Shown here piece by piece: positions 18,480-28,235 of a stretch of DNA of 54,738 nt; within the stretch, counting starts at the first letter, position 1, and every line of letters begins with the position of its first letter. Origin of the DNA: Candidatus Woesearchaeota archaeon. Its GTDB lineage: Archaea; Nanobdellota; Nanobdellia; SCGC-AAA011-G17; PNOQ01. The stretch is from positions 1 to 54,738 of the forward strand of contig CAYYFK010000003.1 of the NCBI GenBank assembly GCA_964471565.1. Direction: 5' to 3'. The position numbers and the translations under genes were made by a program. A model generated the notes under the pieces. It searched no databases. It was not told the DNA's origin and worked only from the letters and a program-made list of their open reading frames with translations.

Positions 18480-19210
18480 ATGTAATCTTTCTTTTCTATT
18501 TGTTTCTCTTTAAAATTTTCTTCAAAAAACTTCATCATTGTTTGATTATCTGCTTTTTTATATGCTTCTAATGCATCTTTTAATATTCCTCTTCTTAAGA
18601 ATTCATCACCAATAATGTTTATTTTTGTTTTATTATTTGCCGCTTCGTAAGCTTTCAAAGCAAGATGTAAAAGGTTTTGTTCTTTACACAAATCTCCTGT
18701 TTTTATTAGCTTTTCCGTGTTTACTATGGCAGAATATACTTCAATAGCGAATTCATAATTTTTTCTTTCCAAGCAATATTCTCCAACTTTATTTAATTTT
18801 TCAGGGTCTTTTAGTGCAATCATGGCTTTTATTGCTTCAGTTAAATGTCCTTCATGTAAACATTTGTCGGCTGCCTTCTCTAGTCTTCCATAATCTTCTG
18901 CTAGAACATATGCCTCTATTGCATGTTTGTATAATCCTAATCTAAAATTTTGGTCTCCTACATCTACCAATTTTTGTTTATTTTTTATGTATTTGAAAAT
19001 TTTTAAGGCATCTTGAATTTTTCCCCTTTTTAGAAATTCATCCCCTGCAGCGGTTAGGAGTTTTACTTTTGTTTCTTCATCAAACATACTTAAATCTAAG
19101 TTTTCAAGTCCTCTTTTCAATAGTAATGGTATTATTTGCCTGAATTGATTATCATCAACCTTTTCATGTTCATCCATAATTCTTGGGATATCTCTTTTAA
19201 AATCTTCCAT
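18476..19210 (-). CDS. Alpha-solenoid (TPR/clathrin-like) repeat protein
   Basis: About 26-aa repeats L..xG..xL..G....A...Y. Confidence 0.7.
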   Translation of the reverse strand: MEDFKRDIPRIMDEHEKVDDNQFRQIIPLLLKRGLENLDLSMFDEETKVKLLTAAGDEFLKRGKIQDALKIFKYIKNKQKLVDVGDQNFRLGLYKHAIEAYVLAEDYGRLEKAADKCLHEGHLTEAIKAMIALKDPEKLNKVGEYCLERKNYEFAIEVYSAIVNTEKLIKTGDLCKEQNLLHLALKAYEAANNKTKINIIGDEFLRRGILKDALEAYKKADNQTMMKFFEENFKEKQIEKKDYI

Positions 19211-19278
19211 GGTTTTACAATTTTATATGAATATATAAAGTTTTATATACTAAATAATCATTCTTCTTTTGATAAAAT

Positions 19279-19656
19279 ATGGGTGTTGAACAAATAAATC
19301 TGGATGAAATTCTTGTGAGAACTAGACCTTTTGGTGGAGAGTTACATGAAGGAATATGGGAAAAACTGGATCCAGTTAAAGGAGCAGTTGTTGTAGAGAG
19401 AAATTTTGGGGAAGAAGGTACTTATTATTGTGTTGTTATGGGAGATATGTATGTTGTTAGAGACCATAAAGCAGGTAAAAAAATTTCTAATGTTTATGTT
19501 TTACCAGAGAATGAGCAATTTAGAGATGCTGCTTTATTTGCTTTCGGAAATTCAGAGTCAAATGGTGGTCCAAAACCCAAAGACTTGGTGATTCCAATTA
19601 TAAATACGATGGAAGCCCCTTATGAAGATTTTAGAAAAATAAATAAATTATTTTAA
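19279..19656 (+). CDS. Hypothetical protein
   Basis: 125-aa ORF with upstream TTTTATAT box. Confidence 0.65.
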   Translation: MGVEQINLDEILVRTRPFGGELHEGIWEKLDPVKGAVVVERNFGEEGTYYCVVMGDMYVVRDHKAGKKISNVYVLPENEQFRDAALFAFGNSESNGGPKPKDLVIPIINTMEAPYEDFRKINKLF

Positions 19657-19868
19657 GCTACCCTATCTTCCTCTTTAAACTCTTGTGGTTGTTGCTCTTG
19701 TGCTTTTTTTGCTTCTGCTTCTAAATCAACACCTAGTTTTTTTAGTTCATCTATATGCATTTTTATGAATTGATCAACTACTCCAACCATTTTAGCTAAT
19801 TCTTGCCTTTCTTTGCTTAATGTGGCTAGTGCCCCCTTATGATATCCAATTATTTCTTCATTTGCCAT
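19653..19868 (-). CDS. Small coiled-coil hypothetical protein
   Basis: 71 aa, ATG start just after the RHH stop. Confidence 0.7.
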   Translation of the reverse strand: MANEEIIGYHKGALATLSKERQELAKMVGVVDQFIKMHIDELKKLGVDLEAEAKKAQEQQPQEFKEEDRVA

Positions 19869-19870
19869 TT

Positions 19871-20011
19871 TTATTGTCTAAATTTGGAAATTTGTTTTAT
19901 TATAGCTTGATTTATGAAATCTTGCTCATCTTCAAACATCTTTGTGTCTTCAACGATTTTTCTTATGTTTTCTATGAGTTGTTTTGGTAGTTCTATGCTT
20001 TCTATTTCCAA
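19871..20011 (-). CDS. Ribbon-helix-helix-like protein (46 aa, not in ORF track)
   Basis: GGAGG SD then TTG; SIELPKQLIENIRKIVEDTKMFEDEQDFINQAI resembles CopG/Arc. Confidence 0.65.
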   Translation of the reverse strand: MEIESIELPKQLIENIRKIVEDTKMFEDEQDFINQAIIKQISKFRQ

Positions 20012-21275
20012 TTTTTTTCCTCCGTGGTTTTGTCTTTTTTCTTTTATTTATAAAGATTATTATTGTTATTATAAAAACTAATAATATTGCTAAATATAAG
20101 ATTAAGTTAAAGTCTATTATCTCTTTTGGGTGTTCCTCATGTGGTTTTTCTAGAATATTTACTAGTTCACTAGAAGAAATAGTTTCATCTTTGTAGGTTA
20201 GATAACATGATATTACATATGTTCCTGATTTGGTTTCTTGTGGGAATTTTAGATTCCTGTTTATTGAAGTTTGTAAATCAACAGCTAAAGTTTCCTCAAA
20301 AAAATCTAATTTATTTTTTTCAAAGTCCTCTAAAGAGCATTGCAAAAATACATCAACTGGATTTAATGTTCCAAAATTATATAGCACTATATTGAATTCT
20401 ACTTTGTCTTCTATATGGATGTTTTCTGAGTTTTCGTTTAATGTAACTTTTATGTCAAATAATGGTTCTTCTACACAAGCACTGTTTAGGCAATCATTTT
20501 CACATACTTGTACAACTTCCCACTTTTCATTTAGGCAAATTACTAAAATATCTTCCTGGCATGTTATTTCATTGTTATTACACTCATTTGGTGCATCTCC
20601 ATTGCCAGAAGAAGGACCACCATTCTCTGGCTCATCAAGTGGTACTTCTGTGTTTTCTGTCGTAAATGACCATATTTGACTTTCTGTTATATTGTAGGAG
20701 TCATTAACTATTATTTTCCAATAATATACTGTTGAATATTCTAATTGAAATGTATATTCTGTCCCATTTTGATTTTCTGAAACTAAATTCTGTACTTCTT
20801 GATTCGTGTCTAAGTAAATATCGTAAAATAGTTCTTGTTCATCTATATCATATGCTTCCCATGATAAATTTTCTGTAACTGGAATATCTGCCGATGTATT
20901 TTCTGGATAGAGATTTATTGGTTGTTCTGGAGGGGTATTACACACTTCTGGCATAGGAACACATCTCTTTATACATTCTGGAGGAACATCTCCTAAACTA
21001 TACTGTGGCTCCCTTGGGGGACTTAATGGAATTATATCATCTCCTTGTCCCGCATGAGTTGGCTTTTCATCAGAAAAAATATCTCCTATACACTCTCTTC
21101 CTTGTTTCATTTCTCCTATTTGACATCCTGCTTCTAGTCCACAGCTTCCGTTTTCCCAAGGAGTACAATCTCCACATCCTTGAGAAAGCTTTGGTTTTGG
21201 AATTAAGAATGTTATTGATGCTATAATTAAAACTATTAGAATCGATATTATCACCTCTGTTTTTGTTACTTTCAT
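19950..21275 (-). CDS. Membrane-anchored surface protein with Cys-rich and Ig/Fn3-like segments
   Basis: N- and C-terminal TM helices, CTPW..G.C, LSWEAYD, YYWKI, basic tail. Confidence 0.75.
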   Translation of the reverse strand: MKVTKTEVIISILIVLIIASITFLIPKPKLSQGCGDCTPWENGSCGLEAGCQIGEMKQGRECIGDIFSDEKPTHAGQGDDIIPLSPPREPQYSLGDVPPECIKRCVPMPEVCNTPPEQPINLYPENTSADIPVTENLSWEAYDIDEQELFYDIYLDTNQEVQNLVSENQNGTEYTFQLEYSTVYYWKIIVNDSYNITESQIWSFTTENTEVPLDEPENGGPSSGNGDAPNECNNNEITCQEDILVICLNEKWEVVQVCENDCLNSACVEEPLFDIKVTLNENSENIHIEDKVEFNIVLYNFGTLNPVDVFLQCSLEDFEKNKLDFFEETLAVDLQTSINRNLKFPQETKSGTYVISCYLTYKDETISSSELVNILEKPHEEHPKEIIDFNLILYLAILLVFIITIIIFINKRKKTKPRRKKIGNRKHRTTKTTHRKHKKNR

Positions 21276-21533
21276 TTAGTAGAATGGCCAAGCTGAATGA
21301 CCATATTGAATAATTAAATCGAAATTCAAATCTTTTAATTCAGTTGGAGTATCACAAGCTCCCCAACATGAGCCCAACCAAATAATTATTTTTGCTTTTG
21401 TATTTTTTTCTAAGAATTTAGTTATCTTTGTGGCTTCTGGTCTTAATCCGTCTGGTAATTGTAGGCATACTAGCTTTGCCTTTTCTTTGTTTATTTTTTT
21501 CGCTAAGTTTTCTAACTCTAAGTTGTATTTCAT
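21276..21533 (-). CDS. Diphthamide biosynthesis Dph2, N-terminal domain only (85 aa)
   Basis: LQLPDGL, GSCWGACD, QYGHS then stop. Confidence 0.8.
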   Translation of the reverse strand: MKYNLELENLAKKINKEKAKLVCLQLPDGLRPEATKITKFLEKNTKAKIIIWLGSCWGACDTPTELKDLNFDLIIQYGHSAWPFY

Positions 21534-21583
21534 TAGTTTTTTATAATTAAAAAGTTTTATTAAGTTTTTCTATATACTAAATC

Positions 21584-23449
21584 TTGGAAAAAGAGATGAA
21601 ATCATTAAAAGAGAGACATTATTTAACTAGGCATCCTGAAAGAATAAGAAGTTCTGATGTTATCGAAGGCATTTTTGAAGACATTTCTTATTATCCAAGT
21701 CCGGATCCTTCATTAATTGCCGCTAAGGGATATGTTGATGGTATAGAGTGTATTGTTCTTGGTCAAGAAAAAAGAAGAGAGGGAAAAGAAAGTATTGCCA
21801 CTGGGATGATTACTTCGGCAGGGCATGAATATATTTTAGAAATTTTGGATGAAGCAGAAAAACATAATTCTCCAGTTGTTTCTTTTATCGATACATATGG
21901 TGGGGATGCTACTATGCAGTCTGAATTAGGCGGACAGTCTTTTAGAATATCAGATTGTATTAGAAGATATTGTGAGATTGAGACTCCAACTGTTTCTTAT
22001 ATTATTGGTGAAGGTGGAAGTGGTGGAGCATTGGCTATGCAAATCGCAGATGAGAGCTATATGTTAGAAAATTCCATGTATTCTGTCATTGCACCAGAGA
22101 GTTGTGCAAGGATTATCTTTGGCAAAAGGATCAAGGCTGGAGAGAAATTGGAAGACCTGGTTGATGAGGCCTTAGATATTCTAAGACCGGGGGTTGAACA
22201 CTTACAAGAAATAGGAATGGTGGATGGTTCTTTAACTGAACCTGATGAGGGCGCCCATACTAATTATGATGAAACAATAGGAACAATAAAGAATTCTTTA
22301 GTTGAAACTTTGAATAAATGGATAGATGTAGATAAAAAATCTGATGAAAAAAGAATAACAAATGGTACAGTAAAAAAATTAGTCAAAGATAGAAAAAATA
22401 AAGTTCTAAATTATGGTAAATTTGATGGATCTTTAACTACATTTGTTAAAAGAAAATTGAAAAGAATAAAGAGAATTGGAAAATCTAAAAGCGTTGAAGA
22501 AGTTCCAGAAATTAATGATCCTTTGATTGCTCCTCTTAGAAAAGAAGAACTTGATAAAAAAAATATTGTTGGTCGTCCTGTTGTTTGCAAGGATGATTGG
22601 GGAATCGATGGGAGATATAGGGTAGCGGGAGGCTGTGGCTATATTGGGTGGGATGATTATGAAGAAAATTTTTATGCTTGTCCTCACTGTGGAAAAGGAG
22701 ATTATTTAACTGTTGAAGAGCAAATTACAAAAATCTGTGATGAGGATAGCTTTCATGAAATTGATGAGAACTTAACACTTGAAAGATTAATTGGAAAAGA
22801 AACTTATCTAGATATTTCTATTGTTGATGTAAATTATTCTGGTCTATTAAAAAAATCTGCGGAAGTTGGAACCTCTAATGAATCTTTGGTTACTGGAAAA
22901 GCAGAGATTGAAGGCAGGGAGGTAGTTTTGGCTATAAGTGATATTAGATTTATGGGGGGTAGTTTTGGAGCGGTTTATGGAGAGAAATTTAAAAGGGCAG
23001 TCGATTTATCAGTAAAAGAAAAAATTCCTTTAATTTCTGTTTGTTCCTCTGGGGGAGCTAGAATGTACGAAGGGCCCATGTCCCTAGCACAAATGGCTAA
23101 AATGAATATGGCCCTGTTAGATTTGAAAAAAAGTAATGCAAAATTTATTTCTGTTATAGCTGAGCCTACTACTGGGGGCGCCTCTGCAAGTTATGCTACT
23201 CAAGGAGATATTATGATTGGGGAAAGAGGTAGCTTAATGGCTTTTGCTGGACCAAAGGTAGTTATTGGTTCTGGAATTAGTGTAGATAAGAAAGTAGTAT
23301 GTACAAATAAATTACATGAGACTGATAAAATAGATGATTTGGTCGATCGTAGAAAATTGAAAGCTTTGCTTTCTTACTATGTAGAGAGTTTTTATAATGA
23401 TGTGCATCCTGAAAAAAGAGTACATACTGGAAGGATAACTTTCAAATGA
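21584..23449 (+). CDS. Acyl-CoA carboxylase carboxyltransferase, AccA-AccD fusion
   Basis: AccA motifs GQEK, FIDT.GG, GEGGSGGALA, YSVIAPE; AccD motifs CPHC Zn finger, FMGGS.G, SGGARM, PTTGG. Confidence 0.85.
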   Translation: MEKEMKSLKERHYLTRHPERIRSSDVIEGIFEDISYYPSPDPSLIAAKGYVDGIECIVLGQEKRREGKESIATGMITSAGHEYILEILDEAEKHNSPVVSFIDTYGGDATMQSELGGQSFRISDCIRRYCEIETPTVSYIIGEGGSGGALAMQIADESYMLENSMYSVIAPESCARIIFGKRIKAGEKLEDLVDEALDILRPGVEHLQEIGMVDGSLTEPDEGAHTNYDETIGTIKNSLVETLNKWIDVDKKSDEKRITNGTVKKLVKDRKNKVLNYGKFDGSLTTFVKRKLKRIKRIGKSKSVEEVPEINDPLIAPLRKEELDKKNIVGRPVVCKDDWGIDGRYRVAGGCGYIGWDDYEENFYACPHCGKGDYLTVEEQITKICDEDSFHEIDENLTLERLIGKETYLDISIVDVNYSGLLKKSAEVGTSNESLVTGKAEIEGREVVLAISDIRFMGGSFGAVYGEKFKRAVDLSVKEKIPLISVCSSGGARMYEGPMSLAQMAKMNMALLDLKKSNAKFISVIAEPTTGGASASYATQGDIMIGERGSLMAFAGPKVVIGSGISVDKKVVCTNKLHETDKIDDLVDRRKLKALLSYYVESFYNDVHPEKRVHTGRITFK

Positions 23450-23870
23450 TACTTGTTCATCCCGAAAAAATAGATAAAGTTACTGTTGGGTGTATTTTAA
23501 TATTTGAAGGAAAATTTATTTTATTTCATAGAAAATTAGATGATTTTTGGAACAGTATTACAGGGATTGTGGAAGGTGATGAAACTTCTGAGCAGGCTAT
23601 AAAAAGAGAATTAAAAGAAGAAATTGGATTATCTATCAAACCAGAATTTTTTACTACAACTTATCACGATTATGATGGAGAGGTTGTTGAATATAATTTA
23701 TTTTGGTATGAATTTGATGATGATCCTTCTGACCATCTAAAATTAGATTCTGAGCATGTAGATTTGATTTTTTTAATCTTGAAGCTGCGTTGAAATTGAA
23801 TCTATTTGAGGATGAAGATTATTGTTTAAAACTATTTTACGAGGCTTTTTTGAAAGATGAAAGGCTTTAA
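23446..23870 (+). pseudogene. NUDIX hydrolase whose C-terminus continues in the -1 frame after a T7 run (frame-0 stop 23793; shifted stop 23870)
   Basis: Nudix box GIVEGDETSEQAIKRELKEEIGL; shifted frame FFNLEAALKLNLFEDEDYCLKLF resembles a typical NUDIX C-terminal helix. Confidence 0.6.
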
Positions 23871-24159
23871 TGAAAAAGTATATTCTTTGTGTAAGAGAAT
23901 TCCTAAGGGGAAAATAAGTACATATAAAATTCTTGCTGAAGCTCTAAATTGTAAGGCTTATCGTGCTGTTGGAAATGCGATGAATAAAAATCCTTATGCT
24001 CCAGTTGTTCCTTGTCATAGAGTTGTAAAAAGTTCTGGCGAAATTGGTGGTTTTGCATCTGGTTCTAAAGAAAAAATTAAGATGTTAGAAAAAGAAGGTA
24101 TTAAGATTATTGATGGAAGGATAATTGATTTTGAAAAGAAATTATTTAGAGTTTTTTAA
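23857..24159 (+). CDS. MGMT-family methylated-DNA--protein-cysteine methyltransferase (C-terminal domain only)
   Basis: RAVGNAM..NP, PCHRVV. Confidence 0.9.
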   Translation: MKGFNEKVYSLCKRIPKGKISTYKILAEALNCKAYRAVGNAMNKNPYAPVVPCHRVVKSSGEIGGFASGSKEKIKMLEKEGIKIIDGRIIDFEKKLFRVF

Positions 24160-24570
24160 TAATGTTTCATAAACATAAGAATTATAATCTGGATATTTTT
24201 CTTTAAGTTTTTTTGAATCATATCCCAAATTAAAAATATCATTTAATGCCATTGCTACTGCGGGCGATCTATTTTTACCTGCAGAGCAATGTACTAATAA
24301 ATGCTCTGTTTTTTCTCTATGTGTATCAAAATCTGAAATTATCTTTTTTGCTAAATTATCATTTAATAATGTTACTCTTGGCGGTATTCCTCCAGGGCAT
24401 CCCGGCCATACATCGTCAAAGTAATATTCAAATATGTTTACCCAATTTTCACTTTCTTTAAGAGGCATTATATTTAGGAAATCAAACTCTGAACCAATTC
24501 GAATCGCGTATGTTTTTAATTCTGGTACATATTTTTGTGCTTTACCTAAAGACATTATTGAAAGATCCAT
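24142..24570 (-). CDS. Protein tyrosine/dual-specificity phosphatase-like protein
   Basis: HCSAGKNRS (CX5R) motif. Confidence 0.8.
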   Translation of the reverse strand: MDLSIMSLGKAQKYVPELKTYAIRIGSEFDFLNIMPLKESENWVNIFEYYFDDVWPGCPGGIPPRVTLLNDNLAKKIISDFDTHREKTEHLLVHCSAGKNRSPAVAMALNDIFNLGYDSKKLKEKYPDYNSYVYETLLKNSK

Positions 24571-24592
24571 ATTATCTGGATTTTAATATTAT

Positions 24593-24715
24593 TTATAAAT
24601 CTTCCTCAATAATTAAAGTTCCGATATATCCACAGTCATTACATTGATACTGCCCAGTATGTCCTGCTGCGTGAAAAACTATATTTGTAGAATTACATTT
24701 TGGACATTTTTTCAT
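24593..24715 (-). CDS. Micro zinc-ribbon protein (40 aa, not in ORF track)
   Basis: MKKCPKCNS...YQCNDCGYIG; ATGA overlap with the pheT stop. Confidence 0.7.
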   Translation of the reverse strand: MKKCPKCNSTNIVFHAAGHTGQYQCNDCGYIGTLIIEEDL

Positions 24716-26319
24716 TTTAATTCGAATAAATCTGTCAAATTTAATTCTAAGGCGGCTATTGGAGTTTCTAATGTAAAGTTATCTATAACTTGTGGATTTA
24801 TCTCTCCAATGTAAGCTATTTCTTTGCCTTTACAAGAAACTCTTCCAACTCTTCCAGAAATGAATGAATCATGCTCAGTTTCTTTTATTTCATATTTCAA
24901 ATCTAATGAATTGAAGATTACATCTAGAATTTGTTTTATATCTGTAAATGTAACTTTTGAATCTGCCAATGAAACTGCTAATCTAGTTTTTTCATCTGGC
25001 GTAAATACTGTTCCAGCTTCAAATACTTTTTGAGGATAATCATAATGTTTGTTGTTTTTTAATACTTCTAGTAAGGAAGGAATCATCCAAGTTCTTAATA
25101 CATTATAATCTTCATTCAGTGCGTTTTCAATCTCAACTAATTTTAAGTTTTTTAAATTCATTAGTTCTACTTGACTTTTTTTATTTGTTAAATTATACGT
25201 GTTTGTTTCTATTAAACCTAGGTTTGCTAGAATGCCACAGATTTTATTTCTAAATATCTCAAACTCTGATTCTTTTGCTATTGTAGAAACATTCGGGATT
25301 TCTGGAATAAAATTTTCATAACCATATGCAATTGCGATATCTTCTACCAGATCTATTTCTGAAAGAATATCTGTTCTATATGCAGGAATTATGGCATTTC
25401 CATTAGAATAATTTATGCCCATTTTTGATAACAATTCTTTTATTTTTGCTTCTGTTAGACTTAAACCTAATATCTTCTCTACATAACTTTTATTTAATTT
25501 TAATTTTTTAGATTTTAAATTTGGATAAGAAATATTATCTACCTTTACTTCGTATATTTTCCCACCCCTATCCGCTAGTGAAGTTGTTATTATATTCAAT
25601 GCTTGTTCGCATGCCTTTAGGTCTGTCCCAGTTACATCTATGAATAAGTCTTTTGTTTTTTCATCTACTTTTGTTTCTTCTGAGTTTATTATTGGAACTA
25701 AAGCAAGAACCTGATTTGTTGCATCTAACCATATTGGATATTCTTTAAATTTTTCTAGGGTTAAAGCATAATCTCTTCCCTTGGGATGTTTTTCTAAAAT
25801 TTCTTTTAAAGTTAGTTCTTTTTTGAATTCTAGTGGTGTGAACTTGAATGATTTTGGTTTTGTAGTGTATGTTAATGGAAATTTTATTTTGTTTAAATCG
25901 TAAACTCCTATTGAAACTTTTTTCCTATTTCTCCCATGTGAGGCATGAAGTTTTTCTTGAACTTGCATGAGTGATTTTATTGTAGCATCATTTAGATTAA
26001 TATTTTTTACAACTGCATTTATTGCGTAAGGTCTTACATTTTTTACTTTAGAATCTTTTTTTGCTTTGTAGGTTGATTTGCTTACTTTATATTCTTTCAA
26101 TCCTTTTTTTATTCCTATAAATGAAGATAATGCTCTTGCGAATCCTTCTGTTGAAAGCATGTCTGGACGATTTGGAAATATCTCAACTTCGATTTCTTTA
26201 TCTGTTACTCTTTCTAGATCTGTCCCTAGCATCGAGATTCTATCTTTTAATTTCTCGTCTGGAATAGTTCTTCCCAGAAGCTTGAATAAATCCTTTTTGT
26301 CTATTGTTATTGTTGGCAT
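24712..26319 (-). CDS. pheT: Phenylalanine--tRNA ligase beta subunit (archaeal type)
   Basis: NRPDMLS, RPY, RTDILSEIDLVEDIAIAYGY. Confidence 0.95.
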   Translation of the reverse strand: MPTITIDKKDLFKLLGRTIPDEKLKDRISMLGTDLERVTDKEIEVEIFPNRPDMLSTEGFARALSSFIGIKKGLKEYKVSKSTYKAKKDSKVKNVRPYAINAVVKNINLNDATIKSLMQVQEKLHASHGRNRKKVSIGVYDLNKIKFPLTYTTKPKSFKFTPLEFKKELTLKEILEKHPKGRDYALTLEKFKEYPIWLDATNQVLALVPIINSEETKVDEKTKDLFIDVTGTDLKACEQALNIITTSLADRGGKIYEVKVDNISYPNLKSKKLKLNKSYVEKILGLSLTEAKIKELLSKMGINYSNGNAIIPAYRTDILSEIDLVEDIAIAYGYENFIPEIPNVSTIAKESEFEIFRNKICGILANLGLIETNTYNLTNKKSQVELMNLKNLKLVEIENALNEDYNVLRTWMIPSLLEVLKNNKHYDYPQKVFEAGTVFTPDEKTRLAVSLADSKVTFTDIKQILDVIFNSLDLKYEIKETEHDSFISGRVGRVSCKGKEIAYIGEINPQVIDNFTLETPIAALELNLTDLFELK

Positions 26320-26323
26320 TTTA

Positions 26324-26713
26324 TTATTCGTCCCAGATTATTATTGTCCCCCCTCCACTTAATCTTTCTTTGCAAGTTTCCCTTGCATCCTGAATAAAAT
26401 CTTTCCATTTATCTTTTTGAAATACCAAATAATATGGGGCACCGTTATACTCAATTTCTTCGCATTCAGAAATTTCTACTTCTTCTTCTTTTTGTAATCT
26501 AAGGGATATATCTGCTACTTTGCAGTATGGTTTAAGATATTCTTTATCTACACAGGTGTCTTTTATTTCATTTAGATCCTCCTCAGATTGTAGATCTATT
26601 AATTTTTCTTTAAATTCCTTGCCTTCTTTTACATCGGCGTATACTATAGAGCCAATAACTACAAAAATTATCAATATAAGTAAATTAATTGCTAATTTTT
26701 TACTTATGCCCAT
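26324..26713 (-). CDS. Membrane-anchored hypothetical protein
   Basis: N-terminal TM and four Cys; lies between pheS and pheT. Confidence 0.65.
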   Translation of the reverse strand: MGISKKLAINLLILIIFVVIGSIVYADVKEGKEFKEKLIDLQSEEDLNEIKDTCVDKEYLKPYCKVADISLRLQKEEEVEISECEEIEYNGAPYYLVFQKDKWKDFIQDARETCKERLSGGGTIIIWDE

Positions 26714-28197
26714 TCTTTTATCTCCTTTAGTTGTTTTAAATCGTTTTTGTATAAATCTCTGATATCTTTTATTTGGTAATAATTCATTAGTATTCTGTCA
26801 AAACCTGGTCCCCATGCAAGAATTGGTATATCTTTTCCCAATAGTGGTTTTACCATTTCTGGTCTGAATATGCCTGCTCCGCCTAACTCTACCCAAGTAT
26901 TCTTTTCTGGGATATATACATCTATTTCTATGCTTGGTTCAGTATATGGAAAATAAGCTGGTCTAAATCTTACTTTTTCGTAGCCCATCTTATTAAAAAA
27001 TTGTTTTAAATAACCCAGTAAATGCCTAAAGTTTGCGTTTGGGTCTATTACTATTCCGTCTGTTTGATTGAATTCAAATAAGTGTGACCAGTCTAAAGCT
27101 TCGTTTCTATAATTTCTTCCAAGAACAAAATATTTTTTGGGCAAATCTTTTTCTTTTAATCCTGATATTGCTTGAGCACTAAGAACGGTTGTATGTGTTC
27201 TCAAAACTGGTCTTTTTGCTTCACTTTCTTGCCATGAGTAATCCCAAGACTTTTCATGTTGCCTTTTTATTTTGTTAACTAGGTTCTTATTTGGTAATTT
27301 TGAAGTTCCTTTTAAGAAAAATGTATCTTGCATTTCTCTAACTGGATGATCTTGAGCTGTAAACAATGCATCGAAATTCCAAAAAGAACTATTAACTATT
27401 GTTCCGTCCATCTCTTCAAAACCCATATCTAACCATATTTGTTTTGCATGTTGTTTTGCTTGATTGACAAAATGTCTTTTTCCTGCATAAATTTTCGGAA
27501 CATTAATCTTAATATCATATCTTCTAAATTTTTTCCCTTTCCATGATTTATTTTTTAACATATTTGGAGTTAGTGTCTCGATTAAATTCGAAGAAAGTTT
27601 CTTATTTGTTAATTGGTTGCCTAACTCTGTTAATTTTATTTTTCTTTCAATTGTTATATCTTCTTTTACTATTTGTTTTCTTTTTTGTAAATTTTTGAAA
27701 ATCTTTTTTTCGTCTTCAGAAAGTTTTTTTTGTGGCTTAAATAATATTTCTATTAATTTTTGTTCAGGAGTTTCTGAGTTCAGAATTTTTTCTCCACTTT
27801 TAGTTATAGATATATTCATCCCTTCTTTTATTATAATGGCAGAGTTTTTTTTCAACCAGCCTATTGAAATATTTGCTTCTTCGTTTGATAATCCCGATAG
27901 TTTTTTTATTTCGTTTAAATTTAATTCTTTATTTTTTATTGTTTTTAGAAATTGTAATTCTGGAAGTTTTTTTTGAGAATAATTTGTTCCGTTCTTATCT
28001 AATGCATATATTTCTTCTGCTTTCTTTGTTGTTTTTAATACTTTTTTATTTTCTAACCATTGTAGTGCCCTCATTGCTTCTATTTCTGATAACCCTGAAT
28101 TTTTTTGTAATTCCTTAAGTGTTTTAGAATTCTTTAAGTGTGAAATTGCTTTCCTTTCTAATGGATGTAGGGTTTCTATCAAATAGTCTATGTTCAT
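26704..28197 (-). CDS. pheS: Phenylalanine--tRNA ligase alpha subunit (archaeal type)
   Basis: WNFDALF..QDHPVR, LRTHTT, RNEALD..HL.EF.Q, YFPYTEPS. Confidence 0.96.
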   Translation of the reverse strand: MNIDYLIETLHPLERKAISHLKNSKTLKELQKNSGLSEIEAMRALQWLENKKVLKTTKKAEEIYALDKNGTNYSQKKLPELQFLKTIKNKELNLNEIKKLSGLSNEEANISIGWLKKNSAIIIKEGMNISITKSGEKILNSETPEQKLIEILFKPQKKLSEDEKKIFKNLQKRKQIVKEDITIERKIKLTELGNQLTNKKLSSNLIETLTPNMLKNKSWKGKKFRRYDIKINVPKIYAGKRHFVNQAKQHAKQIWLDMGFEEMDGTIVNSSFWNFDALFTAQDHPVREMQDTFFLKGTSKLPNKNLVNKIKRQHEKSWDYSWQESEAKRPVLRTHTTVLSAQAISGLKEKDLPKKYFVLGRNYRNEALDWSHLFEFNQTDGIVIDPNANFRHLLGYLKQFFNKMGYEKVRFRPAYFPYTEPSIEIDVYIPEKNTWVELGGAGIFRPEMVKPLLGKDIPILAWGPGFDRILMNYYQIKDIRDLYKNDLKQLKEIKEWA

Positions 28198-28235
28198 AAG
28201 TGAATAAAAGAATAAGTTATTTAAAAAGATTGCTT

